Positions 19,259 through 30,001 of a stretch of DNA of 64,000 bases are shown here, one piece after another (position 1 is the first letter of the stretch; each line of letters starts with the position of its first letter). The position numbers were made by a program, and so were the translations under genes. The notes below the pieces were generated by a model. That model did no database searches and was not told where the DNA came from. It saw nothing but the letters and a program-made list of their open reading frames with translations. The stretch covers positions 250,613 through 314,612 of the forward strand of contig CAWCOU010000006.1 in the NCBI GenBank assembly GCA_963797335.1, given 5' to 3'. Source of the stretch: an uncultured Gammaproteobacteria bacterium (lineage in GTDB: Bacteria; Pseudomonadota; Gammaproteobacteria; JAURND01).

Positions 19259-21176
19259 ACCAGCTTTGTAACATCAAAATATGCCATAGAATTTTGGCGT
19301 AATTACCATGCCCGCTTAAGTGCGTTTGCCATAACTTACGCACAGCAGGGGGTGAAAAAATAGCTGTTTTTGCTAATGACGTTTCACCGAGCAACGATTC
19401 CGCCCAATCACGCAAGCCAGTGCGTAGCCAATCGGCCAACGGTAACCCAAAACCCATCTTGGGTCTTTCGATTAAATCCGAGGGTAATTTTTGTTTTAAC
19501 CATTGTAATAATAACCATTTGCCTTGCTGGTTTTGAATTTTTTGGCGCAAGGGCAATTGCCAAGCAAATTCGAACACCGACGGTGATAAAAAAGGTGCGC
19601 GTGTTTCTAAACTATTGGCCATGGCCGCACGGTCGACTTTAGTTAAGATATCGCCTGGTAAATAGGTTAAGGTATCCGCCAACATCATCCATTGACTAAA
19701 ATCGTAATCGGCCAAAGGTGGATAAGAATCCACATTGCCCATCCCTCCAGCGAGTGAGGCAAAACGCTCCGGTCGCAATAAGGCAGCCGTGTCTACGTAG
19801 GCACTGCAAATGGAATGATAGAACTGCGTCATCTCTGTGGTCGGCGCCATTAATAAATTGCTGAGGGTCTGCAATTTATCCGTAAAGTAGGGTAACCGAT
19901 TTCGTCCAGAAAATGATAATAGTCTATAAAATGCTTGCCAAACTTGTGGCTTGCAACTGTTCAGCGTACGTCGTATTAATTTTCTCACTGGCTGCGGCAG
20001 CAGATTCAATCGGGTTCTTAATTTTTCGGCGTGGATGTGACGATTGTAACCGCCAAATAATTCATCACCGCCATCACCGGTTAACACCACGCGTAATTGA
20101 CGACTCGCGAACTCACTGACTAGAAAAGTCGGAATTTGTGAGGAATCGGCAAAAGGTTCGTCGTATATGCCGGTAATTTTAGGGATTACTGCGAACGCAT
20201 CGTTTGCAGTTACCATGATCTCTGAATAATCCACATTTAAGTGAGCAGCCAATCGTTTTGCGTATTGGCTTTCATCGTGCGTACTTTCTGCCAAGCCAAT
20301 GGTATAGGTTTTTAAATTAGGTTGCAGTTGACTCATTAACGTCACTATGGCACTGGAATCAATCCCCCCTGAAAAAAACGCACCGACAGGAACATCGGCT
20401 ATCATGCGAGAAGCCACGCTTTCCTTTAATACCAGTTCCAATTGAGCGATTGCTTCTTGATCGGAAAGTAATAATGGCTTTTTTCTCGCGGTATTTGCTA
20501 CGGCAGTTGCAGACCAGTAGGCTTCCACAGATTCTCGCTTTCCTGGCGTGATGCGCAACACATGCGCGGGAGGCAATTTATAAATATGTCGATAAATGGT
20601 TTTGGGTGCGGGGATATAGCCATAATCCAGGTAGGTAGGAATGCTGCTGTCATCTATTTCTTTTTTGCAATCCGGATGCAGTAATAAAGCCTTGAGTTCT
20701 GAGGCAAAAACAAAACTATCCCCACACCAGGCATAATAAAGCGGTTTTTCACCAAACCGATCACGCGCTAAATAAAGCACTTTTTCTTTTTTATCCCAAA
20801 CAGCAAAAGCAAACATGCCATCGAGCATGTGCAAAGTTTGCAGGCAACCGAACTGTTCAAAACCCGCTAAAATAACTTCGGTATCGGTACCTGTTGTAAA
20901 TACATAGCCCTGCTCTGCTAACTGATTTTTTAAAGTCGGGAAATTATAAATTTCGCCGTTGTATGTGATGACGTAACGATCGGAGGCGCTGTGCATCGGC
21001 TGCGCGCCTGCATGACCTAAGCCCAGAATGGAAAGCCTAGTATGTCCTAAAATGAGTTTATCATCTTGCCAATAATGACTTTCATCCGGACCACGGTGTG
21101 AAAGTTTTTTTAACATTTGGTCAATAACTATGGCTTGATCAGAGCGATAATTATAGATCCCAGTAATACCACACAT
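19242..21176 (-). CDS. asnB: Asparagine synthase-like glutamine amidotransferase (polysaccharide amidation, WbpS-like)
   Basis: MCGITG, HRGPD, YNGEIYN, RDRFGEKPLYY, SGGIDSS, DEPFADSS, GDGGDELFGGY. Confidence 0.9.
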   Translation of the reverse strand: MCGITGIYNYRSDQAIVIDQMLKKLSHRGPDESHYWQDDKLILGHTRLSILGLGHAGAQPMHSASDRYVITYNGEIYNFPTLKNQLAEQGYVFTTGTDTEVILAGFEQFGCLQTLHMLDGMFAFAVWDKKEKVLYLARDRFGEKPLYYAWCGDSFVFASELKALLLHPDCKKEIDDSSIPTYLDYGYIPAPKTIYRHIYKLPPAHVLRITPGKRESVEAYWSATAVANTARKKPLLLSDQEAIAQLELVLKESVASRMIADVPVGAFFSGGIDSSAIVTLMSQLQPNLKTYTIGLAESTHDESQYAKRLAAHLNVDYSEIMVTANDAFAVIPKITGIYDEPFADSSQIPTFLVSEFASRQLRVVLTGDGGDELFGGYNRHIHAEKLRTRLNLLPQPVRKLIRRTLNSCKPQVWQAFYRLLSFSGRNRLPYFTDKLQTLSNLLMAPTTEMTQFYHSICSAYVDTAALLRPERFASLAGGMGNVDSYPPLADYDFSQWMMLADTLTYLPGDILTKVDRAAMANSLETRAPFLSPSVFEFAWQLPLRQKIQNQQGKWLLLQWLKQKLPSDLIERPKMGFGLPLADWLRTGLRDWAESLLGETSLAKTAIFSPPAVRKLWQTHLSGHGNYAKILWHILMLQSWYENHG

Positions 21177-21236
21177 GTAAATGTATTCTCTAATTTATTA
21201 AAAGAAACTCTTTTTCCAATTGATTCAATACTGTTC

Positions 21237-22313
21237 CTATACCTGTTGTTGCTTATCAAATGATTGAATTAAATTCACTAAAATAGGCGCTGTGACTTGC
21301 AAGCTATAGGTTTGCTCTGCCCGCAAACGGCCGTTTTTGCCCATCTCATTTCTCATTTGTGCACTTTGCAATAATTGACGCAGCGCATTAGTCCACTCCT
21401 CTGTTGTGTTCGCTAATAAGCCATTATATCCCGGCGTGACGATTTGAGTGTTAATACCAATCGGCGATGCCACCACTGGTTTACCACACGCCATGTATTG
21501 AATTAATTTATAACCGCACTTACCCCAACTAAAAGGGGTGTCTCGTACAGGCATGACGCCTATATCCATGCGTTGCACAGCCGCCACTTCGGATTCCTCA
21601 CTCCACTCTTGCCACTCCACAGGCAGGTCTTCAAATCCAGCATCTTTTGCCCCGACTACTAGCAATTTAGCCGAAAACTCGGGTAGGACTTGTTGGAATA
21701 CGGGTACTAAGTCACGAAGTAACGCCACAGTAGAGGGCGTACCAATCCAGCCAATGCATAAATGGCTTGCTTCTATTTTATCCTGCACAGGGTAGCGATC
21801 TAAATCAATCACGGTTGGCAAAATGACTATTTTCTTCGCGCCTGCTTTTTTGGCTCGTTCGGCAAGGTATTCATTCCCAACGATGACTAATGCCGCATGA
21901 CGCATGATGCGATCGATCTTTTTTTTCAATGCCCAACGAATCACAGCATTCGAGTGGCAATCATAAGTATGAAAAGTGGCATCATCAAAATCAAGAACAT
22001 ACGGTATTTTAAAAAAATTTAATACCCTTTCGGCAAGCCCAGGCAGAAAGGGAAATAATTCTTTCTCGATTAAGATTAATTGATATTGCCAACCATTCAA
22101 TAATTGCCACAATCGATTCAAATAGGATTTACAAATCCGCCAGAGGTGAAGCGTATGGGATTGATATAATGTTGTGAGGTATTGATCGTCCAGCAGTGGC
22201 GCTACATCAATATTAATACCCGCTTGTTCAAAATAAGGTAAATACTGCAAAAGTCGTAATCGAGAACTGGCCCCTAAACGACTATAGCGCGTACAAACTA
22301 AAATTTTCATCAT
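21237..22313 (-). CDS. Glycosyltransferase family 4
   Basis: GASSRLR, IGWIGT, DIGVMP, GKCGYKLIQYMACGKPVVASPIG. Confidence 0.85.
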   Translation of the reverse strand: MMKILVCTRYSRLGASSRLRLLQYLPYFEQAGINIDVAPLLDDQYLTTLYQSHTLHLWRICKSYLNRLWQLLNGWQYQLILIEKELFPFLPGLAERVLNFFKIPYVLDFDDATFHTYDCHSNAVIRWALKKKIDRIMRHAALVIVGNEYLAERAKKAGAKKIVILPTVIDLDRYPVQDKIEASHLCIGWIGTPSTVALLRDLVPVFQQVLPEFSAKLLVVGAKDAGFEDLPVEWQEWSEESEVAAVQRMDIGVMPVRDTPFSWGKCGYKLIQYMACGKPVVASPIGINTQIVTPGYNGLLANTTEEWTNALRQLLQSAQMRNEMGKNGRLRAEQTYSLQVTAPILVNLIQSFDKQQQV

Positions 22314-22324
22314 GACATACCGTT

Positions 22325-23356
22325 CTAAACTATCAAATGCCCATCATAAATTTTGCTATACCACAGTATGGTGTTCATAAGCCCCCGATCTAAACCGGTT
22401 TGTGGCCACCATTGCAGGTCATTGTTAATTTTATCAATTTGCATGGCGTAACGAAAATCATGGCCTGGCCGATCGACCACAAAAGACAATAAGCGTTGGT
22501 AGGAACTATTTTGAGGCATCATGGCATCGAGCATAGTGCAAATTTTCGTGGCAATGGTGATATTTTCATATTCACCCTCACCGCCGATATTGTAGGTCGC
22601 ACCGGGTTTTGCTTTTCTTAACACCAAGTCCAAGGCGACACAATGATCTTCTACGTATAACCAATCGCGCTTATTTTTACCATTGCCGTAGATGGGAATA
22701 GATTTACCTTCTAAACAAGAACGAATGACCGTGGGGATAAATTTTTCAGGGTGTTGCCAAGGGCCGTAATTATTAGAACAATTGGTCATGGTTATCGGCA
22801 GTCCATAGGTCGTAAAATAAGCCCTGACTAAATGATCGGAAGCAGCTTTACTGGCTGAGTATGGTGAATTGGGCGCATAAGGGGTAACCTCCGTAAAAGG
22901 AGGATCGTCTGGCGTAAGGCTACCAAACACTTCATCCGTGGAAACATGGTGAAACCGACACGTATCGCCATTGAGCCCTCGTTTTTCTAACCAATACTCA
23001 CGAGCTACTTCCAATAAAGTAAATGTACCGACGATATTGGTCTGAATAAATGCCGCAGGTCCTGTAATCGAACGATCGACGTGACTTTCTGCTGCAAAAT
23101 GGACAACGGTATCGACATGGTATTCGCTAAAAATCTGCGTCATGGTCGCTTTATCGGTGATATCTGCCTGAATAAAGCGGTAGCGCTTATCTTCCGCCAA
23201 AGACTGCATATTGGCTAGCGAGCCAGCGTAGGTGAGCAGGTCGACATTGATGATTTGCAATTGCGGGTCGTTTCTCAAGGCGTAATGGATAAAATGGCTG
23301 CCGATAAAACCTGCCCCCCCCGTCACTAACATCACCTGCGGTTGATAAAGATTCAT
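22325..23356 (-). CDS. rfbB: dTDP-glucose 4,6-dehydratase
   Basis: GGAGFIGS, LTYAG, HFAAESHVDRSI, VSTDEVFG, PYSASKA, DRPGHD. Confidence 0.95.
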   Translation of the reverse strand: MNLYQPQVMLVTGGAGFIGSHFIHYALRNDPQLQIINVDLLTYAGSLANMQSLAEDKRYRFIQADITDKATMTQIFSEYHVDTVVHFAAESHVDRSITGPAAFIQTNIVGTFTLLEVAREYWLEKRGLNGDTCRFHHVSTDEVFGSLTPDDPPFTEVTPYAPNSPYSASKAASDHLVRAYFTTYGLPITMTNCSNNYGPWQHPEKFIPTVIRSCLEGKSIPIYGNGKNKRDWLYVEDHCVALDLVLRKAKPGATYNIGGEGEYENITIATKICTMLDAMMPQNSSYQRLLSFVVDRPGHDFRYAMQIDKINNDLQWWPQTGLDRGLMNTILWYSKIYDGHLIV

Positions 23357-24219
23357 GCCGATAATTCTCGAATAACATTGGATAATTCATGCTCCCAATG
23401 GGGAGGCGTGATCTGAAGTCCCTCTGTGATTTTTTGACAATTCAGTACTGAATTGCTGGGTCGTTTCGCTGCGGTAGGGTATTCGGCCGTGGTAATCGGC
23501 AACAGTTCGCGCGTGCGTAAAGGTAAATGAGTGGCCTTAGCCAAAATAGCCTCCGCAAATTGGTACCAGCTCACCGGCTGCATACCACAAAAATGATAAG
23601 TACCCCAAGGTAGTTGGTGCGATACCATTTGTTCGCACAAACGAAAAATAACCGCAGCAATGTCTTTGGCCGCCGTAGGACAACCCCGCTGGTCATCGAC
23701 AATGGTTAATCTTTCACGTTCTTGCGCCAAACGCAGGATGGTCTTCACAAAGTTTTGCCCGTAGACACCGAATACCCAGCTTACTCTTAAAATCACATGC
23801 GTTGAGAGCGTGTCTCGCACCGCCAGCTCTCCCAGCCACTTGGTTCTACCATACACACTGCGTGGATTGGTTTCATCCCCTTCTGTGTAAGCCGAAGTCT
23901 TTTCGCCATCGAATACATAATCCGTCGACAATTGTAATAAAGGAATCTTGAATTGAGCACAAGCTTTGGCCAAATTTAAAGCACCCAGATGATTGACTCG
24001 ATTAGCCAATTCTTGCTCTTGCTCGGCTTGGTCCACTTTAGTATAAGCAGCTGCGTTAACCACGACATCGGGCTGATGATGTTGGATAGCCGCATTTACT
24101 TGCGCCGGCTCACCAATGTCTAAGGCTTGGCGATTGAGCAGGATGACTTGCTGTGCCAGCGGGTGACGTTTAAATTCACTGCCAACCTGACCATCCGCCC
24201 CGGTGACTAATAATTTCAT
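23353..24219 (-). CDS. rfbD: dTDP-4-dehydrorhamnose reductase
   Basis: GADGQVG, NAAAYTKVDQAE, STDYVFDG, YGRTK, DQRGCPT. Confidence 0.95.
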   Translation of the reverse strand: MKLLVTGADGQVGSEFKRHPLAQQVILLNRQALDIGEPAQVNAAIQHHQPDVVVNAAAYTKVDQAEQEQELANRVNHLGALNLAKACAQFKIPLLQLSTDYVFDGEKTSAYTEGDETNPRSVYGRTKWLGELAVRDTLSTHVILRVSWVFGVYGQNFVKTILRLAQERERLTIVDDQRGCPTAAKDIAAVIFRLCEQMVSHQLPWGTYHFCGMQPVSWYQFAEAILAKATHLPLRTRELLPITTAEYPTAAKRPSNSVLNCQKITEGLQITPPHWEHELSNVIRELSA

Positions 24220-24803
24220 GCGATATGCTCAGAATGATTAAGCTTATCGCCCACAAACACCGGCAGATGCGCCACAGGTACATTTTTTAATAAAGGATAG
24301 GCTGCATCTTTGGCTGACACGATAGGCTGGGCACCAGGCCATTGAATGGCCAGCTCGGGATCAGACCAAATGACACCGAACTCGGAGTGAGGATCGTAGT
24401 AATTTGAACATTTATAGAGAAAATCGACACCCTCGGTTAAGGCCATAAAACCATGGGCAAAACCCGCAGGAATAAATAGCTGCCGATGATTTTCTGCGCT
24501 CAATTCAAACCCCACCCAGGCACCAAATGTCGGTGATCCCCGACGGATGTCTACCGCTACATCGAACACCGCACCTCGACTAACCCTCACCAATTTGGCC
24601 TGTGGATGTTGCAGTTGGTAGTGCAACCCTCTAAGTACATCGAGATGAGAGTACGAATAATTATCCTGCACAAACAATGCGGTTACGCCAGCCGCTGCGT
24701 ATTTCTCAGCAGAAAATGACTCTAGAAAAAAACCACGGCTGTCTTGATAGACAGTCGGTTCAAAGAGCAGTACACCGGGTAGCTTGGTTTCAGTAACCTT
24801 CAT
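24216..24803 (-). CDS. rfbC: dTDP-4-dehydrorhamnose 3,5-epimerase
   Basis: [38 protein letters not shown]. Confidence 0.95.
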   Translation of the reverse strand: MKVTETKLPGVLLFEPTVYQDSRGFFLESFSAEKYAAAGVTALFVQDNYSYSHLDVLRGLHYQLQHPQAKLVRVSRGAVFDVAVDIRRGSPTFGAWVGFELSAENHRQLFIPAGFAHGFMALTEGVDFLYKCSNYYDPHSEFGVIWSDPELAIQWPGAQPIVSAKDAAYPLLKNVPVAHLPVFVGDKLNHSEHIA

Positions 24804-25674
24804 TGACAGGCCTCTCCAAAAGACTGATTAAGTAATCACCATAGCCGCTTTTTGCCAATGAGCGTCCTAAAGAGATCAATTGTTCATCGTTGATAAATCC
24901 CCTGCGCCAGGCAATTTCCTCAGGACAAGCGATTTTTAAGCCCTGCCTTGCTTCTACGACCTCGACAAATTGAGAAGCCTCCAATAACGCTTTATGCGTT
25001 CCCGTATCCAACCAGGCAATGCCACGACTGAGAATTTCTACATTTAGGCGATTGGCGCGCAAATAAGTGCAGTTCAAATCGGTTATTTCTAATTCACCAC
25101 GGGGGGAAGGACGTAAACTCTTGGCTATATCCACGACTTGATTGTCGTACATATAAAGGCCTGTCACCGCATAATTGGAACGAGGCACCTGTGGCTTCTC
25201 TTCAATTGTCACCACCCGCCTGTGCTCGTCAAACACCACAACGCCGTAGCGTTCCGGGTCTTGCACATAATAAGCAAACACCGTGCCGCCCTGGAGGCAA
25301 GCCATGTTTTTTTGCAATAAATGGCTTAGCCCTTGACCATAAAAAATATTATCCCCTAACACCAGACAAACGGAATCTCGACCAATAAAGGATTCGCCAA
25401 TAATAAATGCTTGCGCTAATCCTTCTGGAGCGGGTTGAATGGCATATTGGATTGAAATTCCCCACTGTGAACCATCATGCAACAAGCGGCGAAACATAGG
25501 GACATCATCGGCGGTGGTGATAACTAAAATGTCTTGTATACCGGCCAACATCAAGGTAGACAAGGGATAATAAATCATCGGCTTGTCATAGACGGGATTG
25601 AGCTGTTTACTAATCGCTTTCGTAATCGGATATAATCGAGTACCTGAACCACCTGCCAATATAATACCTTTCAT
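24790..25674 (-). CDS. rfbA: Glucose-1-phosphate thymidylyltransferase
   Basis: [44 protein letters not shown]. Confidence 0.96.
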   Translation of the reverse strand: MKGIILAGGSGTRLYPITKAISKQLNPVYDKPMIYYPLSTLMLAGIQDILVITTADDVPMFRRLLHDGSQWGISIQYAIQPAPEGLAQAFIIGESFIGRDSVCLVLGDNIFYGQGLSHLLQKNMACLQGGTVFAYYVQDPERYGVVVFDEHRRVVTIEEKPQVPRSNYAVTGLYMYDNQVVDIAKSLRPSPRGELEITDLNCTYLRANRLNVEILSRGIAWLDTGTHKALLEASQFVEVVEARQGLKIACPEEIAWRRGFINDEQLISLGRSLAKSGYGDYLISLLERPVNEGY

Positions 25675-25695
25675 CGTACTGGCAACCTCTTAGTC

Positions 25696-26841
25696 TTATA
25701 CAAAATGGGGAACAGCGTGTTCTGAAAGTCCTTTAGTTTTGACTGCGTTAATAACAACAGAGGCTATCCGTGCCACTTCTTCCTCGGAAAGATAGGGATG
25801 GAAAGGCAAGCTGAGTACATGCCTGGCCGCTGCTTCCGCATGAGGTAAGGTATAATGATCACTGCCATTTAATTGAACCATCAATGGCTGTTGGTGTATG
25901 CACATAGGGTAGTGCACCGCCGTTGGGATATGTTGTTGCGCCAACGCCTGAATCACCTGCTCCCGCGCATTGACTTGGACAGTATACTGAGCATAAGAGC
26001 TCTCATTGTGATCGAGAATGGTCGGGGTAATGACATGATTGGCCAACAAACGATCGTAGTGTTGTGCCACTTGCTTCCTTTGCTGCAATTCCGCTGGGAA
26101 AATTTCAAACTTAGCCAGCAAGATAGCGGCCTGTAAGGTATCAAAACGGCCGTTAACACCCATAGTCACGTGGTGATAGCTTCTATCTTGGCCATGATTA
26201 CGAATGCGGCGTAAAGCCAGCGCCAACTCATCGTCTTGAGTAAAACAGGCACCGCCATCGCCGTAACAGCCTAGGGGTTTGGAAGGGTAAAAACTGGTGC
26301 AGCCAATCGTGCCTAAATTACACGAAGAACGCCCTTTATAAGTGGCCCCAAAACTCTGTGCGGCATCTTCAATCACGTACAGCCCATACTTGTCAGCAAT
26401 GGCGTCGATAGCATCAAAATCCGCGCATTGACCGTAGAGGTTAACGGGCATAATGGCCTTGGTGCGTGGCGTAATTGCCTGCTCAATCAAGGTGGTATCC
26501 AGGTTGTAGGTAAGCGGGTCAATATCGACAAATACCGGTTTGGCGCCTAGCAATTTGGCCATGGTCGCCGTGGCAATAAAGCTGAATGGGGTGGTAATAA
26601 TCTCGTCACCTGGCTTTATGTTTAAAGCCATCAGCGCAAACAAGAGAGCATCGGTACCGCTGGCGACAGTAATACAATGTTTGGCACCCACATACTGGGC
26701 GAGACGGGTTTCCAGCTCCTCTACTTCGGGCCCCATGACATACTGACTGTGGTCAAAAACCTGCTTAATGCGTTTATCTATGTTATCTTGAATACGGAGA
26801 TATTGTGCTTTTAAATCAATAAATTGCATAATATAATTCAT
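25696..26841 (-). CDS. DegT/DnrJ/EryC1/StrS sugar aminotransferase (WbpE-like)
   Basis: MQFIDLKAQY, SGTDAL, IEDAAQSFGA, SFYPSKPLGCYGDGG. Confidence 0.9.
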   Translation of the reverse strand: MNYIMQFIDLKAQYLRIQDNIDKRIKQVFDHSQYVMGPEVEELETRLAQYVGAKHCITVASGTDALLFALMALNIKPGDEIITTPFSFIATATMAKLLGAKPVFVDIDPLTYNLDTTLIEQAITPRTKAIMPVNLYGQCADFDAIDAIADKYGLYVIEDAAQSFGATYKGRSSCNLGTIGCTSFYPSKPLGCYGDGGACFTQDDELALALRRIRNHGQDRSYHHVTMGVNGRFDTLQAAILLAKFEIFPAELQQRKQVAQHYDRLLANHVITPTILDHNESSYAQYTVQVNAREQVIQALAQQHIPTAVHYPMCIHQQPLMVQLNGSDHYTLPHAEAAARHVLSLPFHPYLSEEEVARIASVVINAVKTKGLSEHAVPHFV

Positions 26842-26996
26842 CGTCTCTGAGGAGGGTAAACAATTTTTTCATAGTAACGTATCTTCTCTAAAAACACAAC
26901 CACGGTGCTTGTTTTTATAACAAGCATAGGTAGAATGGTATGTCTTAGGTTACTAGGCATGAATCATCACTGTTTTTCTTAATATAGGCTATACGA

Positions 26997-27527
26997 ATGG
27001 AACATCTTAACATTACTTTTTCTACTAATAATCAACGTTCTGCTATTTCCCAATTAATTTATCTGATCGCTAAAAACCAATGCCGTATAGAGGAAAGCCG
27101 CATGACCATGCTGGGCACGGAATTCACGGGTATGCTGCGCATCGCTGGGAACTGGAGCGCCATCGCCAAAGTAGAGGCCAGTATCATCGGTTTACAAAGC
27201 ACTCCCGAACTTAAGGTACAATGCAAACGGGGCAAAGGTCTTAAGGTAGAAGGTAATCACCTGCCCTACATAGCGCAAGTAGTCGCCCTGGATACGCCAG
27301 AAGTCGTCCATGAAGTCAGCCATTTTTTCGCGGCCCAAAATATTTTGATCATTGACTTGCAAACCGACCCCTTTAAAACCAGCTACTCCGATACCTTAAT
27401 GCTGACCTTATCCTTACGCATCAGCATCCCCACCACTATTAATATCGCCGACTTGCGCGAGCATTTTATGGTGCTATGCGATGAGTTAAATATTGATGGA
27501 ATCATCGAACCGGAGAAAAGAGGATGA
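26997..27527 (+). CDS. gcvR: GcvR-like ACT-domain protein
   Basis: CRIEESRMTMLGTEF...GNWSAIAKVE and LREHFMVLCDELNIDGIIEP; coupled to bcp as in other gammaproteobacteria. Confidence 0.75.
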   Translation: MEHLNITFSTNNQRSAISQLIYLIAKNQCRIEESRMTMLGTEFTGMLRIAGNWSAIAKVEASIIGLQSTPELKVQCKRGKGLKVEGNHLPYIAQVVALDTPEVVHEVSHFFAAQNILIIDLQTDPFKTSYSDTLMLTLSLRISIPTTINIADLREHFMVLCDELNIDGIIEPEKRG

Positions 27528-28021
27528 CAGCAACACATGCCAGCTTAAAGCAACCCATCTTAAACCTCTCTTTTTCAGCCACTACGTCCACAATCCGCAG
27601 CTTCGCCGACCTGAAAAATAAGAATCTGGTGCTTTATTTTTACCCGAAAGACAACACCCCGGGTTGCACGCAAGAAAGCAAGGATTTCAGTGAACTTTAC
27701 CCCCGCTTCCAGGCATTAAACACAGAAATCATCGGGGTCTCGCGCGATAGCTTGGCATCGCATGAGAAATTTACCTGCAAATACTCATTCCCGTTTCCGT
27801 TGATCGCCGATGTCGATAGCAGTCTATCCGAGTATTTTAATGTCATCAAAATGAAAACCCTGTTCGGCAAAAAAGGCTTTGGGATACAGCGAAGCACCTT
27901 CCTGATCGATAGCCAAGGTATTCTGCAAGCCGAATGGCGCAACGTCAAAGTAACAAACCACGCCGCTACTGTTCTACAAGCAGTCACTAAATTAAATCCA
28001 TCCGCTGCGCCGTTGGATTAA
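27524..28021 (+). CDS. bcp: Peroxiredoxin Bcp/PrxQ
   Basis: LYFYPKDNTPGCTQE, GVSRDS, RSTFLID. Confidence 0.92.
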   Translation: MTATHASLKQPILNLSFSATTSTIRSFADLKNKNLVLYFYPKDNTPGCTQESKDFSELYPRFQALNTEIIGVSRDSLASHEKFTCKYSFPFPLIADVDSSLSEYFNVIKMKTLFGKKGFGIQRSTFLIDSQGILQAEWRNVKVTNHAATVLQAVTKLNPSAAPLD

Positions 28022-28039
28022 CTCCCCCGTCCCCGCGCT

Positions 28040-28140
28040 CCACGTCATCCCACCACCACGTCATCCCACCACCACCACGTCATCCTGAGCGAAGCGAAGG
28101 ATCTCCATATAGTGGCACTTCAAGGAGATCCTTCGCTACG
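28040..28140. repeat. Family A palindromic repeat with stuttered left end
   Basis: CCACGTCATCC repeated three times, then TGAGCGAAGCGAAGGATCTCC...GGAGATCCTTCGCT. Confidence 0.8.
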
Positions 28141-28153
28141 AGTATTGTTTTTG

Positions 28154-28185
28154 TTAAGACTGGCTTAAGATGCTTGATTTATCAT
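28154..28185 (+). promoter_or_regulatory. PmrA-like box plus -10
   Basis: TTAA-N7-TTAA-N11-TATCAT upstream of the patatin/cyclase operon. Confidence 0.5.
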
Positions 28186-28219
28186 AAGAAAAAGCTGGCT
28201 GTGGCCAAAACGAGTAGAT

Positions 28220-30001
28220 ATGACACTGAATACCAAGCAAGAAATCCTGACCTCTTGTGATATTTTTTCACAACTGCAACCTGATGAAATTAAAGCACTT
28301 TCTGACCTGACTGAGGTTGTCACTTTGGAGGAAAATCAGGCGCTCTTTTATCGCGATGATGCTTCTCGCGATGCTTACGTGGTCATTTCTGGCAAACTCC
28401 TAGCGACAACAGCGACTGCCCATACGCCAGGTAAATTCATAGGCTATATTCATCCCAATGAGATCGTCGGGGAAATGAGCCTACTCACCGAAATGCCGCG
28501 CTCCCTGTCCATCTTTGCCGCTACCCATACGCAATTATTGATGATTCGCCAGCCAGACTTTCAGCATCTTTGCTACCATAATCCAGAAGTCGCATTTAAA
28601 ATGCTGGAAATTATTATTAAACGCACTCAAGGTGTTATAAAACAGCTAAATAACGCCCAAACCACAAAATTTATCGCCTTATTGCCGACTTCTGACTCGA
28701 TAAACCTAGCGGCGCTGATTCATCATTTCCAACAGTTCAGCCAACATTCCGACAAAGTCATCGTGCTCAACGAAAAGGAGCTGCCACAAAAGTCGGATGA
28801 GATTTCCCATCTACTGCTGACCCTGCGAGAAAAGGCCAATTACATCATCTATCCGGTTTCTAGCCACGATACAGAACGTCAAGAAATATTACTGCACTTT
28901 GCCGATAAAACCGTTTTATTGGCCAAAGCCAACCAAGATCCAGAAGAAAATTTATTTTGGGAGCAATGCATACAGCATCAATTCACCTACGATAAAGATC
29001 AACTGGAATTAGCCTTACTCTATACCAATACCAATGAAAAACCCCAAAACACCAAGCAATGGTTGGACAAGGCGCCTTTCTTCCGGCATCACCATGTTTA
29101 TTTAGATAAACTGGATGATATCAAACGACTCTTCCGGTATGTCACAGGCTCTGCCACTGGTTTGGTTTTAGGCGGTGGCGGCATGAAGGGCTGGGCACAT
29201 GTCGGCGCGATAAAAGCATTACAAGAAGCCAATATCCCCATTGATGCCATCGGCGGCACCAGTGTCGGAGCGGGCGTGGGTGCTTGCTATTTATTATCCG
29301 ATTCATTTGACGAAATGCGTGAGAAATTTAATCGTCTATGTTCTGCAACCATGAAATCGTTCACCTCTTTGCGCGAATTGACTTGGCCGTTGATTTCCCT
29401 GTTCAGTGGTAAGAGCGGCACGTTGAGTGCGCAAGAAGAATTAAACCACCCTATCGAAGATTTAATACGGCCGTTCTTTTGTATTTCTTGTAATATCACT
29501 CGCAAAGAACAAGCCATCCATAGCCAAGGTTCACTGTGGGAAAATACCAGGGCTTCTGCCTCGCTGCCCGGTTTAGTTCCACCGTTAATCAAGAATAATG
29601 AGCTTCATGTCGACGGCGGGGTTGTCAATAATTTACCGGTCAATGTCATGGCGGATTTCTTAGAAAACTCGGGAACAATTATTGCGGTTTCCATCACCAA
29701 CCTCGCCCGTCCTCCCGGTACTTATTCGTTTTCACCCATTATCTCGCTGCGGGATTCTATTTTATTTAAATTAGGCTTAAAAAAAGAATACCGTTTTCCT
29801 TCTTTATTTTATACTTTCATTGATTCGTTATTAATGGGCTCTCATTCCCAACAAAAATTAAATATGCAAAGAGCGGATGTATTGGTGCAACCCGATCTCA
29901 ATCCTTACGGCGGTTTAGACACCAAAAGTCCCATTGATCAAATCATCCATATGGGTTACCTCGCCACCCAAGAAGCATTGCGCGCGAGAGCATTGGTATG
30001 A
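28220..30001 (+). CDS. cNMP-binding domain + patatin-like phospholipase (NTE-like)
   Basis: cNMP cassette VGEMSLLTEMPRS; patatin motifs LGGGGMKGWAHVG, GTSVG and DGG all intact. Confidence 0.92.
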   Translation: MTLNTKQEILTSCDIFSQLQPDEIKALSDLTEVVTLEENQALFYRDDASRDAYVVISGKLLATTATAHTPGKFIGYIHPNEIVGEMSLLTEMPRSLSIFAATHTQLLMIRQPDFQHLCYHNPEVAFKMLEIIIKRTQGVIKQLNNAQTTKFIALLPTSDSINLAALIHHFQQFSQHSDKVIVLNEKELPQKSDEISHLLLTLREKANYIIYPVSSHDTERQEILLHFADKTVLLAKANQDPEENLFWEQCIQHQFTYDKDQLELALLYTNTNEKPQNTKQWLDKAPFFRHHHVYLDKLDDIKRLFRYVTGSATGLVLGGGGMKGWAHVGAIKALQEANIPIDAIGGTSVGAGVGACYLLSDSFDEMREKFNRLCSATMKSFTSLRELTWPLISLFSGKSGTLSAQEELNHPIEDLIRPFFCISCNITRKEQAIHSQGSLWENTRASASLPGLVPPLIKNNELHVDGGVVNNLPVNVMADFLENSGTIIAVSITNLARPPGTYSFSPIISLRDSILFKLGLKKEYRFPSLFYTFIDSLLMGSHSQQKLNMQRADVLVQPDLNPYGGLDTKSPIDQIIHMGYLATQEALRARALV

